Source: Octopus vulgaris (Eukaryota). From it: a stretch of 64,000 bases of DNA. The notes under the pieces are model-generated. The model saw nothing but the letters and a program-made list of their open reading frames with translations, made no database searches and was not told the origin of the DNA. The stretch is from contig OX597816.1 in the NCBI GenBank assembly GCA_951406725.2, positions 74,276,001-74,340,000 on the forward strand, written 5' to 3'. The position numbers and the translations under genes were made by a program. Shown here piece after piece: positions 53,501 through 64,000 of the stretch (position 1 is the stretch's first letter; every line of letters begins with the position of its first letter).

Positions 53501-54008
53501 AGTCTGGGAGTACAGCCACATTCAGTCGGTACTTTTTACACGCCACCGGCATGGGAGCTAGTCAGGCATACCTGCATCAACTACATTCAGATGGTGCTTT
53601 TTACCTGCCACCGGCACAGGAGCCAATCTGGGGATACTGGCATCAGCCACATTCAATTGGTACTTTTTAAACGCCACCAGCATGGGAGCCAGTCAGGCAG
53701 ACCTGGTATTGGCCCCATTCAGATGGTGCTTTTTATGTGCCACCAAATATATACAAACTATAAAAATAATTTGTTCTGTTTCTATTTTGTGGATTTTCAC
53801 CTATCACGGTGGGGTGGAGTTTGGAACATAACACCCATGATAGTCAACAGAATAATGTTCTTTCACTTTATTTATATTTGAAAAGATTTCTCTTACTTTT
53901 CTTAACTGCAAAGGCTTTGATCAGAACCTCACTACGACACCAAGAACACTTGGAAAACATTATTTTAGCAAGTTTAAAGTGATTTATTTCATGCTGTAAA
54001 CCATTTAC

Positions 54009-54097
54009 CATTTCTTCCCTGAATGCCCTAAGCACATGTTTATTTTGCTTAATGGCTAATCCAGTGCTGGTATGATCCATTGGACATGTGACGTTAA
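54009..54097 (-). CDS. CEP72: CEP72-family coding exon (most 5' found)
   Basis: tttcatcaag| acceptor and ATG|gtaaat donor; 89 nt, phase 1 to 0; NVTCPMDHTSTGLAIKQNKHVLRAFREEM. Confidence 0.7.
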
Positions 54098-54574
54098 CTT
54101 GATGAAATAAACAGAACAGATGAGCCAAGAGAGTAATTGGATAGTCAGTCATTACTCTGTGCAATCTGACAGCACAGATATGGACGAGTGAGGTGAATGA
54201 TGCGGGAATTACTATCTATTTCTTTACTACCCACAAGGGGCTAAACACAAAGAGGACAAACAAGGACTGACAAACGGATTAAGTCGATTATATAGACCCC
54301 AGTGCGTAACTGGTACTTATTTAATCGACCCTGAAAGGATGAAAGGCGAAGTCAATCTTGGCGGAATTTGAACTCAGAACGTAACGGCAGACGAAATACC
54401 GCTAAGCATTTCGCCTGGCGTGCTAATGATTCTGCCAGTTTGCCGCCTTAACATGCGGGGAATTACTACCATCACATAATTTGCATTGTTTAATTTGGGT
54501 TTAAAATGGCATCGGTGAAGTGGACCTCAAAGATTTCCAGTGTCCCTATAACGACAGAAATCAATTATTTAGAG

Positions 54575-54678
54575 TGGTGGTTCCCAACCTTTTCACTACC
54601 GAGGACCCCTTTTATTTAAATGAGTTTTCCTACGGACCCTTAGTACTACCTTTGCGGACCACAGGTTGGAAACCCGGT
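54575..54678. mobile_element. hAT/Charlie-like MITE
   Basis: GGTTCCCAACCT...AGGTTGGAAACC termini with TTTAGA-like flanks. Confidence 0.55.
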
Positions 54679-55664
54679 TTAGAAGATAACTAATGCACCA
54701 GTCCAGCTTACCTGGCAATAATGCGAGTTTATCGATCCAGGGGAAACGACTTCTACTAGCTTATAACAATTATTTCCCTTGATATTCTGTTGTGTCTAGG
54801 GAGAATCATTCTCTTTTAGTGCGTCATAATTTAATACACACACCGGTAAAATTTCCACTCATTTACTTATTTATTTTTCTAAAATTTCCGTTGCATCTTG
54901 CAACCTTTTCAATAGTTGTTAACTCTGTCCATTATTCAAGCTGCATTCTTTTTGTCTGTGCGCATGAACGTGGGTCAGTGTGAGTGTGTGTGTCTGTGCA
55001 TGTGTGTGTGCATTGACATGTATGTATGTATATATGTATGTATGCTTGTATGCGTGTGTGTGTGTGTGTGTGCGTGCGTATGTATATATGTATGTATGTG
55101 TGTAAGTTTGTATATATGTATTTTGCATATTCATGTGTTTGTGTGTTTTTATGTGTGTATGTATGTGTTTGCATGTGTGTCTACCTGTGTCTCCTTGTGT
55201 GTGCATGTCTGAGTGTGTCTATGTGTGTGTATATGAGTTTTTTGCGACTATGTATTGTATCTGTATGTGTGGATGTGTGTCTCCATATGTGTCCTTGTGT
55301 GAAGTGAAGTGTGTGTGTATATATGGTCGTGTGTTTCATTCTTCATTTTTGTATGTGTGCTAGTCTGTTCATATTACCTACGTACCTATCCGTCTGTATG
55401 TCTATCTGTTTACTTTCATATCCGTTTGCCTATATACATATACACCTACACACACCTATCATACATAAAGGCATTGCAGTCACCTAGGGGTTCTGAAATC
55501 AATCCCAGGCAAGGATTACCTGAAACGTGGCACCAAGTAAACATTGTATATACTGGGAGTTTACTATTTCTAGGTCAAGTGACTATGTAAAATCTTTGTA
55601 ACTGGTGAATTCATTAATGCTGAAGGCACTCTGTAGAGTGGCTGGCGTTATAGAAACCCTGCCA

Positions 55665-56155
55665 CATTATTTACATTGGACAGATACGTGTCCTCATCTT
55701 GTTTGTCGTTACCACAGCATTTTGGCTGATTTACTCTCCAGCCTTCATCAGGTGTCCTGGTGGAATTTTAAACCCAACCCTAGTTATCTCCCTTGTTTAC
55801 TCAGACTTATATCCAGTTCTCATTCCTAAGGTATTATTGCTGATGTTATTATTATTATTATCATTTTTTATTCAAGGTACTACCTGGAATTGAATTCGGA
55901 ATCATTACACTATGCCCATAGGCAATTATAGAGTGAATTTTAGGGCTTATAAGCCAAATATTTTTATAACCTTCCTTAATACCGGTTCCCATATTCTACA
56001 CATATCTGCACTAGGTCTCCAGGTCACCAGGACACCTGATGAAGGCTGGAGAGTAAATCAGCCGAAACGCTGTGGTAACAACAAACAAGATAAGGACATA
56101 TATCCGTCAAATGTAAATGATTTGCAGAATTCCTCATCTCCAAAAAATACAGAAC
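55665..56155. mobile_element. Head-to-head tRNA/hammerhead cassette
   Basis: Minus arm with hammerhead 55710-55756 and a partly deleted tRNA head ~55875-55920; plus arm with hammerhead 56031-56076 and a tail. Confidence 0.75.
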
Positions 56156-58988
56156 AATGTAGTCCCGGAAGCCATCAGATACTGTCAAATTAACCAATCC
56201 TTGTCAGCATGGAACATGAACTTTAAATGGTGATGGCTATGATGATGATGATGGTGATTAATCTCATACTGAATATCTCAATAGCATTTATCTGGTTATA
56301 TATATGGATGCGTAACACTGCAACCCCAATAGTTATCTCCCCTGTTTACTCAGACTTATATCCAGTTTATAGGAATGGATGATTTTTTCCGTGGTTATTG
56401 GGGAGCTGGGGTGCATTTACGTGTGAACCACTCGGAAGATTTGAGAGCTGTGGGACCTTTATGTGTCAAGGGACGTAACTGAGAGTAATCTTTTAGTCAT
56501 TTGTTTCTGATGAGACAAAGATGAAGTACACGTGCTGCCAAGGATAGTTATCATGGAACACTGACTTGAAGTAGTGGGAGGAAGCTTGTGAAATATGTGG
56601 ATGTGTGTTGGTCATACGATCAATTAAGGTCTGGCAGAGTCTGGATTTCTACCACAAGATGCCATCCTTCTTATGATGTGCCTCAATGATCCAGAGAATT
56701 ATGCCAACAGAGAAAGCCTCAAATGCTGGGCAGGTCAAAGGATAATGGCCAAACTAATATGGATCACATCTTCCCAGAGGTAGAATGGGTTTGTGTGGAG
56801 CCAACGGCCCTACCAAGTGAAAGCTAAGTTATAGAAGCATGGATGACCATTTGGAACCAACAAAACCAGGGAAACATGGCATGGTGTAGCAAACAGAGTT
56901 TCTTACTTCAGTTGTGGTAAGATGAGGAAAGCAGTAAAGAGATGATGGTAAAGATGTGTCAGGGTAAAGACTGGATGAGTGGGCAGGATTGAGGGTGACA
57001 AATATAGAAGTTCGTGGAATCTTGGGCAAGCAACTTCAACAATAGCCTTGGGCTGACCAAACCTTGTGAGGGGATTTGGTAAATGGAAACTGAAAGAAGC
57101 AAGTCATATATACGAGTGAGTGTGTATGTGTCTTCGTGCCAGTGTTTGTTCCCCCAAAACTGCTTGACAACTGGTGTTGGTGTGTTTACATCCCCTGTAA
57201 CTTAGTGGTTCAGCAAAAAGAGACTGATAGAATAAGTAGCAGGATTTTAAAAAAGCACAGGGGTTGATTTGTTCAAATAAACACTTGAAGGTGGTGCTCC
57301 AGCATGGTCACAGTCTAAAGATTGAAACAAGTAAAAGATAGAAGAATCTAGATTCTCTTCTGGCAACTTGATATTGTTCCATGTCCCACCCCCTTTACGT
57401 TTGGAGTTCTGATTCTACCAAGGGCGACTTTGCCTTTCATCCTTCTGGGTCGAAAAAAATAAAGACCAGTTCAGTACTGGGGTCAATGTAATTGACTTAC
57501 CCCTTCCTCCAAATTTGCTGGCCTTGTGCTAAAATTTGAAACTAATGTTTTGATTAAATTGTCAAAATATTTTACATTCAATCATTTAACATATATGTGT
57601 GTGTGTGTGTGTGTGTAAGTATGTATATATATCATCATCATCATCGTTTAACGTCCGCTTTTCATGCTGGCATGGATTGGACAGTTTGACTGAGGACTAT
57701 CAAGCCAGAAAGCTGCACCAGGCTCCAATCTGATCTGGCAAGGTTTCTACAGCTGGATGCCTTTCCTAACACCAACCACTCCAAGAGTGTGGTGGGTGCT
57801 TTTTATGTGCTACTAGCATGAGGGCCAGTCACACAGAACTGGCATTGACCACATTCAGATCGTGCTTTTTACGTGCCACCAGCACAGGAGCCAGTGTGGG
57901 GGCACTGACCACGTTTGGATGGTGCTTTTTACATGCCACTGGCACGGGGAGCCAGTCAGGCAGCACTGGCATCGACTTACACTTGAATGGTGCTTATTAT
58001 ATGCCACCAGCATGGGTACCAGTCAGGCGGCACTGGCATCGGCCACAACTACGATTTCCATTTTGATTTTGATTTTTGATTTTATTTGACTTCTCAAGCG
58101 CAGTACATCACCTGACAATTCAAGGGTACTTTTAAGTGGGCTGGTTATGCGACACAGGCATCAGTCACAGCTGTGCCCTCACTTTTCTTGCCGGGTCATT
58201 GGCCATGATTTGATTTCACTTGTCTCAACAGATCTTCTCAAACACAGTATATCGCCCATATAAATCCTTTCTACTAAAGACACAAGGCCTGAAACTTTGA
58301 GAGAGGGGACTAATCAAACACATCGACCTCAGTATTTCACTGATACTTAATTTATTGACCCCAAAAGGATGAAAGGTAAAGTTGACCTCAGTGGAATTTG
58401 AAATCAAAATGTAGCTGCAGACGAAATACTGCTAAGCATTTCCACCGGCGTGCTAATGATTCTGCCAGCTTGCCACCTTTATATATATATATATTAAAAG
58501 TTGTGGTTTCTTTGGTTTATTTGTTCCCAAATAACACTTCTTTTAGTGCTGCAGACACCACTGGATTGAATGGTACTGCCCAAATGTCGAAACCATAATG
58601 ATATCCGTGTGGCAGCTGATGATGGAGGTATGTTGGATTGTTGGTATGGCTGTTTTTGTATATGTGGAACAGCATTATAACACAACCTTTTGATATATAT
58701 ATATATATAGGGTATAAGAGGTACTGATGTCAAAAGGTACAGAAAACTTATATGTACACCATTCTGCTTAAATAATGGAACTGCAGACACAATATCCTTA
58801 CATATCTCACATCTGTTTTCATTCCTCCATTTCACTCTGTATTTCATATCTTCTCCTTAATAACTATTACTTAAACAGTTTCTTGCACTGTTTCTCATGA
58901 AGGGATATATAAAATATACTGGAAACAGCTGTAAGACTTCTTTACAAAACTATTCACAGCCTTAGATTTTTTATCTCATTCTGTTAAT

Positions 58989-59043
<55 letters not shown>

Positions 59044-60989
59044 GATATATACTTAATATTACCAAAACAGTGACGTTGTGCTATAAAACAAATATGTATT
59101 TTGCTATTGTTTTGGTTAGAAATGTTACTGTTTGTCATAATGTTTCTGATTAAATTTCTGAAAATATGTTTGTGATGACATCATTTTCCTCCTTTGTTCC
59201 ACAACATCTAAAACACATTCACTATCAATGCTGAAATGTTTCACATATTTATATGTATGCAAATATTTAAACAAAAGCCATGTTTCTGGTGAAAGAGTAT
59301 CAGGTTAGATATTTAGTTTAAAACAAGTCAACATATTTCAACCAGAAAATGACGTAACAGAATATCGACTGTCAGTCGTTCATTTAACATTTGTTCTTCT
59401 TTGATAGTCAGGGTTAGACGAGAAGGTACTTGAAGCAAGATTTTAATGGCTGGATGCTCCTGTTGTCAACTCTTACAATTTTTTTTTTAAGAAAGGAAAC
59501 TCTAATCTAACTCTAGAGGAATTTGAAAGCCCAAAGCTAATGGAAGATTTTAGCAGGAAATATCAACAAATGTTACCAGTTGCAGCCAAACCACTAATGG
59601 TGACATCGCCTTTTGTAGCGCGGCTAAAAACTATGACATCACTGTTTGTAATATTGCTCACCTGCAGATTGAAAATATTTGCTCAATCCCACACACGCAC
59701 ACATACATACATACATACAAATTTACACAAAAACTTAGAGCAAAAGAAACTGATACAGATTCTCCAAATCCAATCTATTAATGGCACAGTGAAGATTTCT
59801 AAGACATTCTAAAGATTCTCTATCTGAGATTCATTAGATGACTAGATACACACACTTGGGTGTGTGCATCGACAGCTCAACCAACCCATCAACTCAACCA
59901 CATATTTACAAAAATTTGAAAAGTCTTGTCACTTTGTTACCAACTGGCTTGAACTCTCTTTAAAAGAACTTAAATAAAACTCAAAGAAAGACATACGTAT
60001 ATGTATACAAATATATATATATCATCTCATCTAGGTCGTCCCATGGAACTCCCCACATATATATATGCATGCATACATGATAGGAATCTCTCAGTTTTTT
60101 GCCTACCAAATTCTCTCACAGGCATTGGTCAGCCTAAGGCTATGATAGAGCACTTGCCCAAGGTGATGTGCAGCAGGGCTGAACCTGAAGCTACATAACT
60201 GAAAAGTGAACTTCTTAACTACACCTCAAATGTTACTTAGTGCACTCATAATTAATTAATTCCAGCTTGACAAAGCTTTTATGCCCATTAGTAGAGTTTC
60301 TGTTTGCTGTTTTAAAACAAGAACAGCATTTCTTAAGGGTTATGATTGATGGATTTAGTGTCTGAAGAATAGACACATGCAACAAACCCCAGCTTTCTTG
60401 GTTAACTTTCTTCCCCCAGCTCAAGTCAATTTTATTTCCCATTGTCTTCCCCAACCTACCTTCTCCATCAATCACTTCCTTTTCATGCCTTCTCTCCCCT
60501 GTGCTGTTCTCCACCATTAATACCTCACTTACCTGCTATCACCTTCAATGCCCTCACATATCCACCACAACCCCTGCTTCTGAACTTCTCCTATATGTTT
60601 CTCCCACCATTTGCTAGTCACCTCAACCCTACCCACTCACCCAGTCCAAACTCTATATTATGCCACCTATCCTCCACTTCAATGTCGCTCAAGAGCATGC
60701 CCTGACACATCTTTGCCACCATCCCTCTCACTACTGCTTTCTTCATCTTACCCTCTAATTCACTCTCCTTTCAACTGGGATATCTAGGAATCTATTCTAC
60801 AGCAAGACACCCATCTCTGTTCATTATTTACATTATTTTACATTTGCATGGTGAAGAAGCTAATTTCTCAAGCATGTAGTCTCAGGTTCAATTCCATTGT
60901 ACAGCACCTTCAGTATGTGTCTTCTATATAGCCCGACTGACCAATGTCTTGTGACTTGGTTCAGTTTATGGAAACTGAGAGAAGTCCTA

Positions 60990-61066
<77 letters not shown>

Positions 61067-62420
61067 ATGTATTTGTGTAAATCTTAACATCATGTGATGA
61101 TTGTAAAATGGGCACCCCTGTCATGTGAGTGATTTTGTCCATTTCCAGTCTTCTATGGAGAACATGTCTGGTTAGATGTAAATATGACCTTGTTTGAAAA
61201 CAGGTGAAGGTTGGTGACAGGAAGGGTACCCAGCTGTAGAAATCAGCCTCATCAAAATCTGTTTGACCCATGCACATACGGATAAATGGATATTAAATAA
61301 TAAAGATGACATAAACACATGAAAGCCTTTCTATTTCCACCTATCAAGTCCACTGAAAAAACTTTGGTTAACCTGGAGTTATAGTAGAAGACCCTTGCTC
61401 AAAGTGCCATGCATCAATAATTATTGTTATAGACAACAAGCTTATGAAAAAAAGGGGTTTCAGTCCCCCTGAGTGGCACCTTGGACAAGTGCCTTCTATA
61501 TCTTCAGGCTGATCAAAGCTTTGTGAGTGGATTAGGTAGATGAAAACTGAAAGAAGCCCATTTTATACACATACACATATACTTTTAGTCCCATTTTTTT
61601 ACATTCCCATAACTTAGTGGTTCTGCAAGAGAGAACAACAGAGTAAGCACCAGGCTTTAAATAATAGTATTTGGTCGATTTGCTTGACTATAATTGTTCC
61701 TGGTGTTGCCCCAGCATGGCTGCAGTCTAATGACTGAAACAAGTAAAAAGATAGGGAAAAAAATGGTACTTTTACCTCACCCCCATTAAAAAATTGCCAT
61801 TAAAAAAATTGGATTATCTCCCTACTAAAATCCTTTTGATTCAATACCTCAACACATTGTTGATGTTTGGCCCCTCAATAGGAATGGTATGGTTTGTTTT
61901 AAAAAAATATAATCAGATTCAATAAGATGTTTAAGTTTTTTTCAGCATTTATGTTTATTAATCTTTTTAGTTTTATATGATTGGTTATCAGATTCAATAA
62001 GAAGTTCTATCTCTCCATTTTTCATGTTTATTAATTTTTTCAGTTTTGTTTTGTTTTGTTTTATTAAGGGTTAAACAATTTTTTCAATTGTGGGAGAGGA
62101 CCAAAAGTACCGATATTTCTCATAATACAGGGGAGACAACCCAATTTTTTAATGGGGTCCCCCCAAAATAAACAAAATAAAATGTTTACCTTCAAAAGAA
62201 TATTCTTCAGCAGAAGGTTGCTTGGCTGCTGAACCAGATAACTGTTGTGGTTGAATAAATTTAGTACGAGTGGGATCAAGGATATCAAGGACACTAATAT
62301 CATCACTGAATACTAAAAAACACAAAGAAAGAGAACACGTGAAATACAGTACAATAGAGAATAGACTTTATTTACATTATTTACATTTGACGGATATTTG
62401 TCCTCATCTTGTTTGTTGTT

Positions 62421-62466
62421 AACACAACGTTTCAGCTGATATACCCTCCAGCCTTCATCAGGTGTC
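62421..62466 (-). ncRNA. Minimal type-I hammerhead ribozyme (best-preserved copy of its family)
   Basis: GACAC-CTGATGA-A-GGCTG gagggtatat CAGCT-GAAA-CGT-T^GTGTT, with palindromic ACGT helix III. Confidence 0.8.
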
Positions 62467-62699
62467 TTGGGGAAATTTCGAACTTGGGTTCTTATTCCTA
62501 AGGTATTTTTCCATGTTATTATTATTATTCCACTGCCTGGAATCAAACTCAGAATTTGGGGGTTAGTAGCCTGTACTCTTAACCACTATGCCATATGCCT
62601 GTGGGCAATTATGGAGTAAATTTTAGGGCTTTTAAATCTAATATTTTCCTAACCTTCCATAATATTAGATTTATAAGCCCATAATTGCCCACAGGCATA

Positions 62700-62754
62700 T
62701 GGCGTAGTGGTTAAGAGCGTGGGGTATTAACTCCAAGATTCCGAGTTCGATTCC
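62700..62754 (+). promoter_or_regulatory. tRNA-type Pol III internal promoter
   Basis: A box TGGCGTAGTGG (62700-62710) and B box GTTCGATTCC (62745-62754); no T4 terminator until ~63008. Confidence 0.7.
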
Positions 62755-64000
62755 AGGCAGTGACCTGAATAATAATACTAATAATAATAATAGTAATAAC
62801 AAAAACAACAACATCGAAAAATACCTTAGGAATGTGAACCCAGGTTCAGAATTTCCCCAAGACACCTGATGAAGGCTGGAGGGAATATCAGCCGAACCGT
62901 GTTAACAACAAACAAGATAAAGGCAAATAGCTGTCAAATGTAAATAATGTATATAATTCCTCATCTCTTAAATATAGAATTGTATTAGGGAATAGACTAT
63001 TCTTTCATTTTTTATGGTAATTCTTGTGATTTTATTAATAACATATTTTTACAGGAAGAAAAGAAGGACAGATAAACATTAAAAGTATAAAAGATCAAAT
63101 TATCAGGGAAAAAACAACCCTAACTGTTGCTGCTTGATGTAGAAATCTAGGCAAGTGGGGTCACAATTACCACTGTGATAACAAAGACGAACAATGGTTT
63201 AAATGTTTTGGAGCCATTTATTTTCTGCTCGTATGTAACATCGTGCAGGTGTACCATGTGTATATACAAATGTATGGCAAGTGTACGGTAGAAAAAACTT
63301 TGTCAGGTCATCATTCTATAAGCAACAGAAAATTGGTCAAACCGGTACAAAGCCACGTTTGCAGTAACATAAAATAACCAATGAAGAACATTCAGGGATG
63401 ACAGTGGGTTTTCTGAGATATAGATGGACACAAAAAGGGACCCCCAGCCCTTCTTCTGAAAACTAAACAACTTTGATCCCAGATACAAACTGGAAGTGAC
63501 CCACTTCCGACAAGTTGTGAAAACTAATACAAAATAGTAATACAATAGACTTACTGTTGGCGATAACAAAAACTATGTCATCAAATAAACAGAGAGAAAG
63601 AAAACAGGGTGAAGCTGGTGGGGAAGGGAGTAATAGGTTGTACACCCCTGAACAAATAGCATGTTTAGCCGTGCTTTCCAAACATGATTGCAAAAAGCGT
63701 TATCATGGGGAATGGTCAGTGATACTCACTGAGACAGCCACCCCACCTCATAGGGCTCATTTCTCTGACAGGCCAGTTATCCCGATTTTGCCACTTGCAT
63801 GTTAATTTCACAAGCAGGCTGTTCCGTTGATCGGATCAACTAGGACCCTCATCGTCATAACCAACAGTATACCAGTATACTAATTGAAGGCAAGTGTTCT
63901 AGTAGTTAGTGTGTTGGCTTTGCATTCATGAGGAATGGGTTCAATTCCTAGACTGGGTGACATGTTGTGTCTTTGAGCAAGGTACTTGATTACAGACCAC

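Larger units (their letters stand above)
62370..62985. mobile_element. Near-complete palindromic tRNA-promoter/hammerhead element
   Basis: Two inverted arms, each with a tRNA-like head, (AAT)n and a hammerhead; the plus arm has a ~30-nt tail. Confidence 0.85.

Noticed and set aside
54916-55363. Cys/Val- and His/Thr-rich ORFs
   Set aside because: Degenerate (TG/TA)n low-complexity sequence.
59128-59207. Candidate upstream CEP72 exon (also 60237-60361)
   Set aside because: The open frame ends in phase 2 while the next exon needs phase 1; no LRR or CEP72 similarity recognised.
62694-62763. Functional tRNA gene
   Set aside because: A/B boxes are present but the cloverleaf stems are imperfect, there is no terminator, and it is embedded in a repeated element.

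Overview
AT-rich, microsatellite- and retroposon-dense animal genomic DNA; the SINE/RTE repeat content suggests an octopus-like cephalopod (inference). Almost all listed ORFs are repeat artefacts. The host gene is on the minus strand: nine phase-consistent coding exons (54097 down to 12268) encode the central and C-terminal part of a CEP72/LRRC36-family protein, whose N-terminal LRR exons were not found in the window. Mobile elements include a young Penelope-like element (RT + GIY-YIG, inverted pLTR), a full-length mariner, a DD37D (maT) relic, R4/Dong-type fragments in TAA repeats, RTE and L2-like fragments, TTAA MITEs and many tRNA-derived SINEs. The most striking signal is about 15 minimal type-I hammerhead-ribozyme-like motifs from roughly seven sequence families. 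Most sit in head-to-head inverted cassettes that copy the Penelope pLTR-plus-tail geometry, and one family couples a tRNA-type Pol III promoter to the hammerhead. All calls were made by eye with no searches or folding runs; repeat boundaries are approximate and only representative SINE copies are listed.
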